Part shown: in pieces, positions 1 to 14,115 of the stretch
Position numbering within the stretch: the stretch's first letter is position 1
How the letters are laid out: each line of letters begins with the position of its first letter
Assembly: GCF_964194025.1 (NCBI RefSeq)
Contig: NC_134468.1
Coordinates: forward strand, 4,898,001 to 4,962,000
Reading direction: 5' to 3'
From: Convolutriloba macropyga
Lineage: Eukaryota
DNA: 64,000 nucleotides
Made by a program: the position numbers and the translations under genes
The notes under the pieces: generated by a model
What the model was told of the DNA's origin: nothing
Seen by the model: the letters and a program-made list of their open reading frames with translations, nothing else
Databases searched by the model: none

Positions 1-3000
1 GCAAAAGAAAGTCATGTTTTAGGCTAACACAACGTGTTAGAGCACAAATTTGATTGTATTTACTGCTCCGACGTTTCTATTCGAAGGCCGGCCGTTCGAG
101 TCAAGTTTAGATTTTTTAAACTGTTTTTTATTTTGTCTATCTTGGCTTCTTTTTCATTTCTTTTGATGTAATACGCGAGTACCCCACTTTTTTCTACCCA
201 ATTTTTTCCTTGTTTTCAAGTGTTATCATTTTTAAAAAATGTCTTTTAAGTAGGATATATCACTTAACTGATATGCATAATTTAATGCAGAAAAAGTGAT
301 CTGAAATAAACCAATAATAAATCAGTTCGAAGTGCGCGTTGATGCTCGCAAACCCATCTATTTTTACCATTTGATCCGTTTATGGGGTCGTAAAAACCAA
401 TAAGGACATGAAGCCTCAAGAAATATTTTTTGTATTTAATTTGGGTCCGGCAGGACATAGTTACATTGACTAGGATTGATAGAATCAAAACAAAAAAGGA
501 ATTCTCTTCATATCTGAACTCAGCATTAGTAATTTTGACTACACAAAGGGTTATCAAAATTCAACTTTCAGGTTTTTGAAAGAGAAATGCATCCTGAGAA
601 CGTGGTCGACAGGTTTTTTTAAAGAAAATACCATGATTTAGCGCTTCTTTGACTTTCAGAGTAAAGTTCCTTGACAACAACGATGTCTAATTGATCAACT
701 GCTGATTTCCTCCTGCTCAAGCAAAATGATACCTTACAAAAAGGGCTGTCTTAAATTTTAGCAAAACACTGAATTTGATTTTGTTATCAATTTGCCTTTA
801 AAAACTTAATTTGTGGCAGTCAAGCTTACTGTAATATGAATAAAAAAGCTTTCATTTTCGTGGTACAAAATTTTCAGCACTATCTCCCCTATGACTCCCT
901 TTTTAAGGTTTATCAAGTAGTGCTGGACTGTGCGAACCAAAATGTTTAACAGATGTTTGTTTGGGCATCAGAATCAGTTTCCGAGGGAATCATTGCAATG
1001 AAAACCTGACATTTATTTTTTGTTTCCACTATAGAATGTTATGCACTAGCTGCGTAAAGAGCAAAACCCATTCTGTGTAAATTAAAATGACTCTTCTCTG
1101 GAGAAATTGATTATTGGTCACAATTGTTTTTGTCGTTTTATTGAATAGTTTTTGTGCGACAAAAAATTTCCCATTGTTTACATTTGAAATAAAGGCTAAT
1201 CTGTAGAAAAAGTTTGACGCTAATTTTGTGAGGAAGCTTGTAAGAGTACCTCATTTTTTTTTATCATACAGCACTTGTGTTAACACACAGGCGTTGCGCA
1301 GAATTGGGTACTAGCGTAAAGTTTTTTTAAGGCTTGGAATACTTGTCTAGCGACAAGTTTTCAGATCTAGTTAGTCCTCCATAGGGACTCAATTTTAAAG
1401 CAATATCAAGTTCAAGAAAGTTTAAGTGACTAAAATACTCTATTTCAGACCAGAAGCCATTATTCAACGGAATAATTTTTCTGGCAAGTTTCTGATACTG
1501 ATAACTAATTTTGTTGAATGTCTCTTAAACATAGAAACCATTAGTTCATCCAAACTTCTGCCACGTTTTCGTTCAGTTATGTTGCATCCAGGACAAAACA
1601 AATACCAAATTATGTTTCAAAGTTAACTGACACAGCTACCATTATGTTATAATTTGATGTAAAAAAAACCTAGTTGCCCAAGACAGCAAATCTTAATTTG
1701 TCTTATTTGTTAGGCCAATTCATTTAAGTTAATAGCGAATCTGATTTTTAAAGATACAGAATTGTTATGAGATGAATTAAATTTGAAACTCTATAGCTAA
1801 TTGTACCCTGTCCACTCTTTAGCATTTTTGTAGGTATTCATGGAAGGTACGGATGGTTTGAAAATTTGCACACCCTGACTTCTATAGATCGCAAAACTAA
1901 TTCCACATGAATTTCATTTAGAGTTGGACCAGCAGTTTGTTTGATTTTTACTGCGACATTTATATTAATAGTTGTTTTTTAGAAAAATAAGTTTGAATAT
2001 TGGCTCTGATGTTATTTTGGTTCAATCTTTATCGAAGTTGTCTCAAGTGTTTAAAAAAGTCATTATTTTGACAAATTACAATTGGAACTCTCTAAAGTGG
2101 TATTTTTGATTGGAATTAATGTTTCCAAATGATCCTGACTAAAATAATTTTGAGCTGCTAATCAGCGGTAGTTTTACTGAAACCTCAGGAACACTGCATT
2201 TGAAAAATGTTTACTGTTAAAAAACTTGTTTTTTTTTTTAATTTCGAGGAGAATAGAAAAAACCTTTGGATATATTCTTAGTTTTTCATTTTTTAAATTT
2301 GCTTAATTCATTTTTACATTTTAAACACTCTCTTTGTCTCGCTCAAAAATCAAAGAGACGTCGGTTGTGGCCTTTTTGACAAAAAACTAATCCTGTTATT
2401 CTGTTGGATAATTGTTAATCATATGGCGTTGCTAGTTGTAGACTTTGATTAAAACCTGTCAATTAGATTTGACACAGCGCTGATTAAAGTGAGTCACTGC
2501 ACAATCGAACATGATCGGGGACTTTTTCTGAATCTGATACTTTGTCGAGATACAGTCTAGATCCGCAGTCTAAATACACATGAAAAGTGAGCATTCGCAA
2601 TTGAAGAACTAAGAGCAGCCTGAGAACATACGAAACTCTTAATTCTTTGTATGTTATTAAAAAAGTTCATTGAGTTATTGCTCATATCGGTATCCAGTGC
2701 TCAATTTGATGCGATTTCAATGAATCGCAAAAAATGCGTCTCCTCTGGCTCAAGTTTTTTTGCAAAACAATAAGTTATTGAGAATTTTTAATTATCAGGA
2801 GTAAAATTTAAATTGGAGGACGTATTTTGATCTAAATAAAACTCCAAGTGACCAGACCAAATTTTTGTCTACTGTTTCGCATACATGGGTCCCACGACCT
2901 TCCGACAATGTACCCGGATTTGAGTCTCAGAGCTTTTCAGCGCTGAATCAGCTCATTTCAAGAGTAACATTTTCCAGGCGCAAACGTTTGTTTTTGGTAC

Positions 3001-6000
3001 TACAATCACCCCTCTCGTTAAATAAGAAGGCGTACCCAAGCATTAGCTTGTTCGCTTGTTTCAGAACGTTTTCAAAACATAAGCAAAGCGTTTTTCAAAA
3101 CACAAGATTTTTTAATGAGATTTCCAAAATTAAAACAAGCAAAGAAGGCGAATAGTCCTGTTGAGTAAATTTAATTAATTGTGATTTGGCTGACGTTTTG
3201 TAGATACCATTAAATTTGTCGCAGTAAAACAAAGGAAGCCATTTTCAAAACTTCTAACAGCAAAAAAAAAAACAAAATGCTCACAATATTTCGTTCAGTT
3301 AACAAGATTGATGACAATCAAGTCAAGTTAAAACCAAAACAAAAGACGAGCAATAAACATTGTGTCCTGAACTGAACCAAAACCAAAACTGTGGTAGGAT
3401 TTTCTACTCTCCCCCACAAAAAACGCAAAAAAATTGACAAATTTTGGCACCAACTCATGTTGATAAAATGTTCTTCCCTGTTGATTTAGAACACCTCCTG
3501 ATCAGAGAGCAGTTTTTTACGCATGAACAAAATTGAAAAAAGAATTTAAAAGCGTTAGTCCCCAAGAAAAACCGAGAAATATTTACAAGAATTTTTCCCT
3601 AACAAAATTGAGCGGTCAATTGATACCGCAAAGGTCTACAACAAAGGTTGCCACTTGTGGGGACGAGCCCGTCGTATACAAAACGTGAATTTCATCTTCC
3701 AACTAATGTCTACCCTATGATTACAAAACATTTTGAAATAAACCATTTTTATGAAAATTTGTCAAATAATGATACACTTTTTCACATTTTTTTAAACCTA
3801 ATTACGGACCATTGCATTGAACGTACTCCAGAAGTCAATGTCTGATTTCAGCTTCTTAGATCTCGGTTTCTGTCCACTTAGTTCAGTTTCGAAATGTTTT
3901 TAACTTCATTATTGTTGCCGAAACCTGCTGTGGTGCAGAAGGTATTATTCTAATTTTTCAACAGCTAAGGATTGCGGAAATTTTTTGTGGGACATTTGCT
4001 AAAACAAAACAGAACGCTTTAAAGATTTTTTAGCCATTAAATGCAACAGTTTTAAGATCAGAGATTAGTCTGGTAAATAACAAATGTTTTTAATCTAAAT
4101 GTGACCGAAACTCTTCACATATGTTAACATAGTCAATAATTTATAAATTGAAAAATGTCTTCGAAATTCAATTTATGGACATGTTGCGGCCTTCAAACTG
4201 GAGTCTTTTGATCAACACGGGGCAAAATAAACTAGGCGGGATTTGAGTGATTTTTTAAAGAAGTTTGTAACTTAGCAGTGTTTGACATATAGTCTTTAAA
4301 CAAGAGACCATTATCAAAAAATGGACAACAATTTTTCCTTTCTTCCAAAAGCTCTAGTAAAAATAATGGTAGGCCAACCGGGGTTTTCAAACAGTGTTTC
4401 AGTCTTCCAAATTGAGTACATTGATTACAATCGGACAGACAATTGTAATAATGTACACCTTTGATGAAAGGAAATTCTACTTAATGAACGAAACGTTTCG
4501 TTTTGAAAGCAAGCTTTGACCTTATTTGTTTCAGAGCCCAATCTTTTGTTTACTTGTGTTTTGCTTCGTTTTTTACCCGTAGTTGTCGTATTTCCAACTC
4601 GAAATAAACGGATGCACGAATTTTGCCTCTACTAAGAAACCGGATTACTCTTATTTTATTTTCCGTTTATGCCTTAAAGTCGGACCGCGTAGGCCGCTTC
4701 CTCAAATCTCCAAAACTGCTCACATTAAATCTTAGATTTCGTCTTTAATAGTTGTAATACAATTGGAGAAACTTCACGTAAGCGCAAGGAAAATCCTTTT
4801 TGAAACGCAGTAGACCATTTTAGAGATAAAAAATGAATTCCGTTACAAATCAGAATCAATTCAGGCCCACCCAATATAAACGTGGCGTCGGATAGCAATG
4901 ATAATAGTTACTACTACTCTAATCCTCATCAAATTTTGACACCTTATTATTCTGATAAAAAAATTCATTAGAACCTTAGAGCTAATTTTAGCATTCAGCA
5001 TTTATACAATTTTGCATCTTTTTCTTTAAAAAACATGTAAATATAATCACTGTCAGGACTTCTATGGAATGATGTCGTTTGATTCAGAAAATTTTGTTCT
5101 GCGAGCAGTTCAAACGTACGTTTTTGGTGATACTTCACCAGTTTATTAGATAGATTGACTAAAAAACTGTTCTTCAGTTAGGAAAAAAATAACAAAGTTT
5201 CATCTTCTAGAAAGTTTAGAGTTCTAAAATTTAGACTTCGCGCTTTAAAATTTGTGCGTTACACTGTAAACTCATGGTTTTCATTTTCTTGTATTATGAA
5301 TGAAATGTTGTCAAAAATTTAAGTTTTGATAAATGTTGGTGACAACCATTTTAATGGTTTTATGCAAATGGAAAATGACATTCTCTTCTGAAAGATAAAT
5401 TTAGAATCGTTTACTCTTTTTTCCCGATTATTTACAAGGCGCTCGCACAATAACACAATTTTGGTAAGTTCAAAAGCAAGCTGACGTTGGTCTTTCTCCA
5501 ATGCTACTATTTTTAAAAGCTAAATAGCTCTTACATCAATGTACGTGAGCTAATCTTGACAAAGTAAAAACTTAAAAATGAAAATTTGCGGCAAAATTTT
5601 TTTGTTTGTTGAAAATTTATAAACTTTATGTATTTCAGTAGACTGTTTCCTTATCTACTGGTATCTTATATCTATAATAGCGTATAAACAGTATAGTCTT
5701 TTATGGTCTTCAATGGTCTTCTGTGTGATCCACGAAGATTTGGCTCCTAAATTTAGCTCCTAGTGTACCCCTAAACGTTGGCCTGAGAACGGCCAAGTGT
5801 GTGCCTAAAGTTAGCTTAATTCATATCGGTCACCTAGTGACACAAACATTGATTTTTTTTCCACCAACACATTCGTTATCTTAAACTTCTGGACGTAACT
5901 TGTGATGTTTGTCGGCTAGATCTTGTTGAGATCACTTTTGAAGACAGTCCTGATGCAACGAAAACATATTTCCAGCTTTGAAAAGTAAAATATCAAAATT

Positions 6001-6299
6001 TTGGTTTTCATGTTTTTGTTACTATAAGCTAGGATCGTGGGACGTAAAGACCAGTTCTTTGCGGTAGATCAGTTTAACTTCTTCATTTTGCAATTTCGCA
6101 ATCTTGAGGTTGCATCGACAACATCCTCCACAGCGGGCAGAAAGAACAAGCGGGCTAAAATAAGAATAAATCCACCGAATTAATAGTGTTTCCAATTCCA
6201 GATAGAATTCATAAACCCTACTTAATTTGAGTTAAAATGTACGAACCCCTTTTTTGCCTAAACCTGTGCGAGAAAAGATCTAAACAAAAATTAGCTTAT

Positions 6300-7222
6300 C
6301 AGCGAAAACACAAGCAAGTCTGGAAATAAGACGGACGAAGGCGCTGTAAGCTGTTTTCTTTTTGATTACTCTTTTTTTCATCCAGGGATCACTTGTTCCA
6401 CTCTTCCCGGAGACCAAAAACCACGCGGGGTGAAATCTTTGAGAACCCATACCACATCATTGACCATGTGTGAACTCCTTTTGCTTTCGCCCCAATTTGG
6501 TCTTTTCGTCAAGGTCGACAAGTAATCCCGGACCAGTCCCCCTACAAATGGGGTTGAGGAATTGTTCAACCTTCTTCCAAGACTTCATGTTGACTGGCTT
6601 GGTTGACGGGAAGACAACAGGTGGAAGGTAGTGTTAAAGAATCTAGAGTAGAAAATTGTTTGGCATCAACGATGGCTTGTTTTCGAGGGCGTCTGAGACA
6701 TCTTTAGGCGGCTTGGTGTTCATCATAACTTCTGCTTCGATCATGGTCGTATGGCGCACCTCGAAAGTGAATCAATTTGACCATAGAATTAACAGCAATG
6801 TCCGCCTGACTCTGTGTATCAATCGCTCCCGAGCACCGCCATATTGAGGGCTATAAGATGGGTTGAAGTGCCGTTTTGCGCTCTGTGCTACAAGTTCCTT
6901 GTAATTTGTGTCTTTGTCAAAACTTTTCAGAAGTTTTTTGAGTTCTTTATTGACACCAACAAACGTCTTGCCGTTGTGACTATACGAATCGACGGGTTGG
7001 CATCTGCGCGAGGTGAAGCGGCGGTAGGCGTTCAAAAATGTGTCTGTTTTCAGATCCGGGCACGTTTCAAAATGAACAGCTTGTGTTACCAGACAGGTGA
7101 AGATGCGACCCTAGTTTTCCTTGAGCTTATCTTTACCTTATTCAATAAAAAAGCGGACAAAAATTCTACTTAGGCAAATTGTTTGTTTTCAGCAGAAAAC
7201 GTAATCAGGAAGTGGTGCCAAG
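6300..7222 (-). mobile_element. BEL/Pao LTR-retrotransposon remnant (integrase core and C-terminal DUF5641-like region), degraded, cut by an assembly gap
   Basis: ORF fragments 6772-7035 (NAYRRFTSRR..SHNGKTFVG..HFNPSYSPQYGGARERLI) and 6378-6569 (VNDVVWVLKDFTPRGFWSPGRVEQVIPG) match Pao integrase motifs (RRF.SRRG, SDNG.NF.G, FNPP.AP..GG.WER, PR..W..GR.....PG). Stops and frameshifts are present. Confidence 0.85.
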
Positions 7223-7422
7223 NNNNNNNNNNNNNNNNNNNNNNNNNNNNNNNNNNNNNNNNNNNNNNNNNNNNNNNNNNNNNNNNNNNNNNNNNNNNNN
7301 NNNNNNNNNNNNNNNNNNNNNNNNNNNNNNNNNNNNNNNNNNNNNNNNNNNNNNNNNNNNNNNNNNNNNNNNNNNNNNNNNNNNNNNNNNNNNNNNNNNN
7401 NNNNNNNNNNNNNNNNNNNNNN

Positions 7423-7730
7423 TGCCAAGACTTGGGTAGCTGAGCCACGACTTGAGACATTTCTGGGCAGAGAGAGGCCAAGACTTGGGTTTTTCTGGGC
7501 AGCGCAGAACCCAAGTCTTGGGTTTCTCTGAGCAGAGTTAAGGTTGACATCATGAAGATCCTTTGTTTTAATTTAATGAGGGCAATTTTTTTAATAAATT
7601 TGGCGCCCAATTACACGTTTTCTGTCAAAAAAATCATTTGCAGTTGAAATTCGTGAACTTCGCCCCAAGACTTGGGGCCTCTCTGGGCGAGAAAATCCAA
7701 GTCTTGGGTTTCTCTGCCAAGTCCTAGAAT
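7423..7730. repeat. Array of palindromic CCCAAG(A/T)CTTGGG motifs; a related array lies at about 9120-9280
   Basis: Repeated ccaagacttggg / cccaagtcttggg with tctgggcag spacers, seen directly in both regions. Confidence 0.6.
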
Positions 7731-8198
7731 TGGTTTCTTCTCTTGACGTTCACTGATATACAAACATCCCCATTATAGAAGTAAAAACTGAGTGTTTTAT
7801 TTCCAAATAGGACCCATGCTTATGTATTAGGTCTCAAAAAAGATTAGCTGTAAATTGAAGTTCAAAAAAAAAACGAAGCATTTGCAGGTTAGGTGGATCA
7901 AATAAAATTTTGACTGTTTCACACATGAAACTGTCAGTGCCACCTGCAGAACTGGTGGTTAGATCCCAAAATAAAAGCCTAAACCAATAAAAAGTGAGGA
8001 AAAAATTAATGTAATGATTTTGCGGTCGGTTCAACTAATTCTTTTCCAGTTTCCGAAAAGGTAATTTCTAAAATTTTGTCACCTTCGAGAATTCAACAAG
8101 AAATTTTGTCCCATATCTTTCTCTGCGAGTCTTCGTTTTTTGTGTATCAACGATTGAGGAGTTATAAGCTGAGTTTCATTTGGTTCCTAATATAGAGA

Positions 8199-8825
8199 CT
8201 TTTTCGTTGTTTTGCAAAATGTATTTTTAAAATATTTTTTTTTCAAGCTAGTCAAGGAGTTGTTCAAATCTACTGGGACTACAAATGAAACTCCCCCTAT
8301 ATCACTGGGATCCAAGTCAAAAAGAACTTTTCATCTAGCTTGCTTAGGAAAAAAGTTAGATTTTCAAACGGTTTTTTCGTTGTTTTGAAAAATGTATTTC
8401 TAAAATAATTTTTTTTCAAGCTAGTCAAGGAGTTGTTCAAATCTACTGTTACTACAAATGAAAGTTCCCCTGTATCACTGGGATCCAAGTCGAAAAGAGT
8501 TTTTGACCTAGATTGCTTAGGAAAAGAGTTAGATTTTCAAACGGTTTTTTCGTTTGTTTTGCAAAATGTATTTCTAAAATATTTTTTTTTCCAGCTAGTC
8601 AAGGTGTTGTTCAAATCTACTGTTACTACAAATGAAAGTTCCCCTATATCACTGGGACCAAGTCAAAAAGAGTTTTTGACCTAGATTGCTTATGAAAAAA
8701 ATTAGATTTTCAAATGGTTTTTTCGTTGTTTTTTAAAATGTATTTTTAAAATATATTTTTTTCAAGCTAGTCAAGGAGTTGTTCATATCGAGCGTTACTA
8801 CAAATCGAAGTTCCCCTATATCCTT
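8199..8825. repeat. Tandem repeat, unit about 173 bp, about 3.6 copies
   Basis: The motif (c)aagctagtcaagg recurs at about 8244, 8417, 8592 and 8763, with the surrounding sequence conserved. Confidence 0.9.
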
Positions 8826-9299
8826 AAAATCCAATTCATTTTTTTTGCTTTGGGATGTTGTTTTATGTATATTTGTAATGTTTGCTATTGTAATGGTCTT
8901 TTTTAGCTATAGCTCTTCATTTCTCTTCAACAGTGAGTATTGAATTTGTATTTTTAAGGACCTCTTTGGCCTTGAAAATGTGACCATACCTTACCAAGAG
9001 CCACGAACATAGTTTAAATAGCATTCATAATCATAATTGGAGCTTTATTTGTACTTTAGGGTACTCAAACTTATGTTAAAAGTGCACCATGAACCTAGAA
9101 AATGCACCATTCTAACCCTCTGTCCAGAAAAAATCAAGTCTTGGATCCTTTCAGCCAAGAGAAATCCCAAGTCTTGTGTCTTGCCTGCCAAGAGGTCACC
9201 AAGTCTTAGTTGTACTCTGCACAGAGTGATCAAAGACTTGGACCTTCTCTGGGCAGAGACCCCCAAGTCTTGATTTTTCTCTGTCAATAGAAACCACAG

Positions 9300-9860
9300 A
9301 GATCGACCCTGGAGTGTTCTCTTAGCAGCCTTGTATTTGACATGATCAGACTCTGAATCAGGCCTGATGGTCTCTGGAGGCTCAGTACGGGTACGCATAG
9401 ATTGGCGACTACGAATCAATGTATTTAATGCAAAACTAAGACAATTCTGATATGTAGCTATTCAAATACCAAAAAAGGAAAGTTTGAAAAAGTTTCATTT
9501 TTGTGTGTAAATGTCTACAACGTCTTTTTGATGGCCTACCTTGACACTAATCTTCTCGCAGATGCAGCATCCTGCTCTTTCAGTTCCTTCAGAATAGCTG
9601 TCGACATTTTCTTGTCCGCTCTCTTCTGTTCCACACCTTTGTCGCCCTGGCCCACATTCACCCTCCATCTAATGGGCGTGTCACCGTCTCTGGCAGGATC
9701 TGTTTCAGTATTGTTGTTCTCTGACCATGCGTTAAATTTTGGATTCTCAGCTGTCATCTCGGGACTGGTTTGTTCCTCCGCTCTGGCAAAAGAGGGTGCC
9801 ATGGCTGCGAATGTTTGCACAGCTGCCGGAATCATTGTGTTCTTGTAAGGTTTTTCCAAT
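9300..9860 (-). CDS. Possible two exons of an unidentified host gene (about 9860-9540 and 9408 to about 9300)
   Basis: GC-richer coding-like blocks. Donor AG|GTAGG at 9540/9539 and acceptor TAG| at 9411-9409 join the 9536-9859 and 9045-9419 ORFs in frame (phase 2; ...RRLVS-S-RQSMRTRTEPP...). No recognised domain. Confidence 0.35.
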
Positions 9861-12026
9861 CTGTTCCCCCTCTTCCAGGAAAAAAATTAACAATAGTTTC
9901 GACAGAGTTTTGGTCATATTTCAAAAAAAAACGTATTCATTGGGCCATTTATTTACACTTCATTCATTTAAAAAATTTGCCTTAAATACTTAATTAGGGG
10001 CTTAATTATTCCGAAGAAATAATAAAATCCAGCACATTTTTTTTGAATGAAACAGAAAAAAATAACCAAGCAAAGCCACTGAATTTTTTTTGCAGATCAT
10101 TCTTGACGTTTTTGACATGTTAGAACTATGGAAAAAATTAATATTTTGCCTTTTTGATTTCTGATTCTACAGGATACGTTTCTCGTTAGAGGTCATGTTC
10201 GATATCTAACATTGTCAAGGCCTGATTTGTCAATGTCTTAAAAGCCGTGCATCAAAAAACTATTTCTAGATAACGCACAAGTTATATTAAAATGAAATGC
10301 CTAAAAATCTAAATAATTATAAAATACAAATATATAGTTACAATATCACTGCTGAATGGTAAAGGGAATAGATTAACAACTCATCGAATTAAAAAATCTA
10401 GAAACGAATGATAAAAATTTAAAAACAACTAAAGATTTGAAGGTTTAATTCCTTGAGGTAAATTTACAATTGTTCAATTATGTTCAATTGTAAAGACGCT
10501 GAATTCCACTCCATAATTTAAGACAGTTTAACTAACCACTAAAGTTTGACAAAATTTTGACAAGTTCTTTGTTCTTTTTCTTATCGTGTACAAGAGATAG
10601 ATAGCCTGTGCTATTATAACAAAAAGATTTATTCTACAGACGGCGTAAAATTAGTTATAAAATTCACATTCATTCGTATGAACAGACGAGCATGCGTATG
10701 AATTTTTTTTTACTATTACACAAATAAGCTGAAGACTTTATTTTTTCATGCGTTTGTGGCGCTGAATCTGTTTTTTAAAGAAAAATTCACAGCAAAATAA
10801 CAGTGACAATTCGAAGCGTCTCAGAATGAGGATTTTATCTGAAACTGAGCATCAAAAGATGGCAAATAACCAAAAAAATGTAGATTTTAAGATGTATAGG
10901 TTATTGGTTTTCTTCTAAAGGAAACATAGATAGTTAAGCTGTGATAAAAGCGGTGGATCAATCCTATGGAAAAATCGGTTATATTTCAGGAGAAATTGGC
11001 CGGCTACGAGTTAAGCAGACAATGAAAAATTAGACGATAGATAGATATTGATTGGTTAACAAAATAATCATAAGTTTGTCTGTCCACTAGTTTTGGTGTG
11101 CGATCAGGTTGCTCTCCACTTATTCCTTTTTATAGCCTCCACACACAGCCCCCTCCCCCCACGTTGGGGGGGGGGGGGTTGGAACCACAGATACGCCAAT
11201 GTAACGCTAGTCGACTTTCATATATTTCGCTTTTTATGGAGCTTTTGGAACCGGTCAATCATAACTTGAGAAACACAATTTTATATATCAGCTAATGGTC
11301 AACTTTTTCAACTACGTCGGCAAAACCTATCGGTTTATTCGTAGATTACTCAAAACATCGCAAATCGCCATTAACAGCACGTTGATTTGGCTTAATGAAT
11401 CTCACAGAAAACTGTAGAAATGTTCCGTTAGAGAGCCTTGAGCAAAGAATGAAGCAAACGGAGTTTCAAAGAATACAATGACGCGGGAGGTATAAAAAAT
11501 CATCAATTTAACTTTGAAGAGATGTTAGAATGCTACTAAAAAATGATTTCCGGAGACCCGAACTATAGGGAAATTTTGAAAATAAGCGATCAAAAACGAA
11601 GGAAGTTAATTCACCTCAGAAACCAATAAATTTATTCCAATTCAGATGAACTCAAAAAGAAATTAAAACCTAACCAAAATGTTTTTTTTTCGCCAGAAGT
11701 TAATGAAAATTGATTACGTTTTTCCGATGCTCAAAAAATTTTTTAAGCAGAATTTTAAAGAAAATCGGGGTTTTTTTCTCACATAAACTGACGTTTCATG
11801 AGTTCAAGAATTTGAGATTATAATGGTCACATTCATGAAATTGCTCAAATATATTTTTGACAGTTAGTTCTATACACTTTTTGATCAGTTAATGTCAATA
11901 CGATGATATAAAATAAAAAATCCGAAGACTTTTTCAATCAAATTTGAGCTTTGACCTCTTAGAGTTAATGCACATTTTATAAAAATGTTTCCTTATTCCT
12001 TTACAAAAGATAACCAATATGTTTTC

Positions 12027-12180
12027 CCCAGTCGAGACCAGATGGTTATCGTGCAAGATTCTGCCAGAATCTTGCAAAAACTGCCTATCTTGCAAGATCT
12101 GACAGAAAAATGGTTGTCTTGCAAGATCTGGCAGAAAAATGGTTATCTTGCAAGATTCTTGCAAGTTCGTTCCGGTTGAG
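12027..12180. repeat. Non-autonomous repeat built from TCTTGCAAGAT(T)C palindromic motifs
   Basis: Repeated ttgcaagatt/aatcttgcaa units; a second copy of the family lies at 12688-12910. Confidence 0.7.
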
Positions 12181-12687
12181 CTGTCCTTTTATTGCCTCTC
12201 ATTCATGCAACACATTTCATTTCGACCAGAAATTTACTTAAGAATCAGTTGCGTGTTTTTTAAGAAAAAAAATAATTTGAATAGATTTTAAATCTGGAAA
12301 TATGAATTATCTGAAGAAAACAAATTAAAATCAACCTTTGAGAGCTGTTAACACAAAATAAATTACTATCAAAAATTATTTTCCTTCAACTTTATCAAGA
12401 TTTACGAAACTACACGTCTATATTACCTTTTCTGATGACAAAATTATGTATTATTATTCTGTGCATCTTAAACAGCTTTATTTCGTTTAATTTAGCTCCT
12501 TACGCTTAATTTTTCTTGCCAATGCCCAAAAAATTTGATGCTTAGATTAATACTTTTCTGATGTTTTTTTAATAATTGTCTTTCGCTTTTTTTGTTGATG
12601 CGCAAAATATGTGTACATTTGAATATTGCAACCGTTTTAACGTTTTCTTTCCAAGTGTAAGGTCTTTTCAAGTGTAAGAAAGTTTTT

Positions 12688-12910
12688 TTTGCAAACGGCT
12701 ATCTTGCAAGATTCTTGCAAAACGAACGGTTATCTTGTAAGATTCTGGCAGAACGAATGGCTATCTTGCAAGATTCTTGCAAAAAATGGTTATCTTGCAA
12801 GATCTTGCAAGATTCTGGCAGAAATTCTTGCAAGACGATGTATCGTCTTGCAAGATTCTGCCAGATTCTGGCAAAATCTTGAAAGATAACCATTCGGATC
12901 CGGCTTGGGT
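12688..12910. repeat. TCTTGCAAGA minisatellite-like element (same family as 12027-12180)
   Basis: Many tandem atcttgcaagattc units ending in gataaccattcggatccggcttggg. The overlapping ORFs here are repeat artefacts. Confidence 0.75.
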
Positions 12911-14016
12911 TATCACGATGGAGAAATGCTGCACTAAATTTTATTGCATTGTTGATTTCAGAATCCAAGTATTTCAAAATTTTCTCTTCCACAAAAATTA
13001 AGGCGAGATATTGCCAGAATTATAAATTTCTGACAAAAATAATTCCAGAATGGGATAGTTCCGAAACGATCTGTTTTCAGTGTAACTACATAGAACCCGC
13101 AAAAAATGCACAAAGCAATTCGAGGAAGAGAACTTCATTGTGAAGAGTTTATTAAAATCAATGTTATTTCTAAGCAACCAGAAAAATCAAAGACATTTTC
13201 ATTATAAGATAAAAAGTTTTAAGAGATTGACAAGGTTCTTCCTACAATTATAAAGAAGTTTGAGAATGAGCTAATATATCAATCATGATCACTCAAGTAT
13301 TCCAGAACGGCTAAATTAGGCCTTTTGGAATACTGTTTTGGAATGCATTCTTTTTGTGAAGCACACTTAATATTGTCTGCATTTGAATCTTTTCCGTTTG
13401 ATAGACTAAAAATTGTAACAAAAATTTCAAATGTTTGCTAAAACTCAATACATTGACTTTTTGATATATTCAAAAGGTTGCCAACACAACAGTAAAATAA
13501 CAAATTGGTTCAATTAGCCTTCATCTTTCGCATTTGTCAACCAAAGATCAAAAACTACCAATTAACCTCTGGAGGTCGTATTTTCACAAAAAAAGTTTGA
13601 CAAGCAAAATTTATTGAATATTTTTTTCAGGATGAACTGAAGAATACTCTCCGATTTACTATGAAAAACAATTTCCCGTTGTTTCTAAATGCTGGCCTAA
13701 CATACTCAATCTTTTTCCAAACTTTTCTATTGTCTTAGAAGTCATCATGAAAACAGATAGGTTTCATTTTGTCGAACTTAGGTAGCTCAGATCTGCCGTT
13801 CTGAAAATTCAAAATTGAGTAGGGGTGAGTTTGCCAAGCGGATGACTGCTCCTAGTCCTTGTTACAAAGAAATGTAGTAGAGGCAAAGTTGCGCAATTTG
13901 ATTGAGCTAAGAACAATATAGTGTAGAATTGTGCGTTGATTAATTAGTTTTCGTGATACTATTCGAACCTACCAATGTTTTGGCGGATAACTTTTACAAT
14001 AACTTTTATAACATGG

Positions 14017-14115
14017 ACCAAAATTTCTGTGAACTACTACTTTTCACGCGCAGTCAAACTTCAATTTTTCACCAAAATTTCTGTGAACTACTACTTTTCA
14101 CGCGCAGTCAAACTT
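14017..14115. repeat. Local tandem duplication, period about 54 bp, two copies
   Basis: accaaaatttctgtgaactactactttt..cacgcgcagtcaaactt occurs twice in tandem. Confidence 0.85.

Noticed and set aside
250-3100. Possible very old LINE remnant on the minus strand
   Set aside because: Only vague motif-like traces; no convincing APE or RT motif could be read.
7170-7610. ORFs spanning N-runs (also 35805-36035 and 56470-56742)
   Set aside because: Artefacts of assembly gaps.
11934-13001. ORFs rich in LQDSCKIL / LARFLQ peptides
   Set aside because: They are translations of the TCTTGCAAGA repeat, open on both strands.
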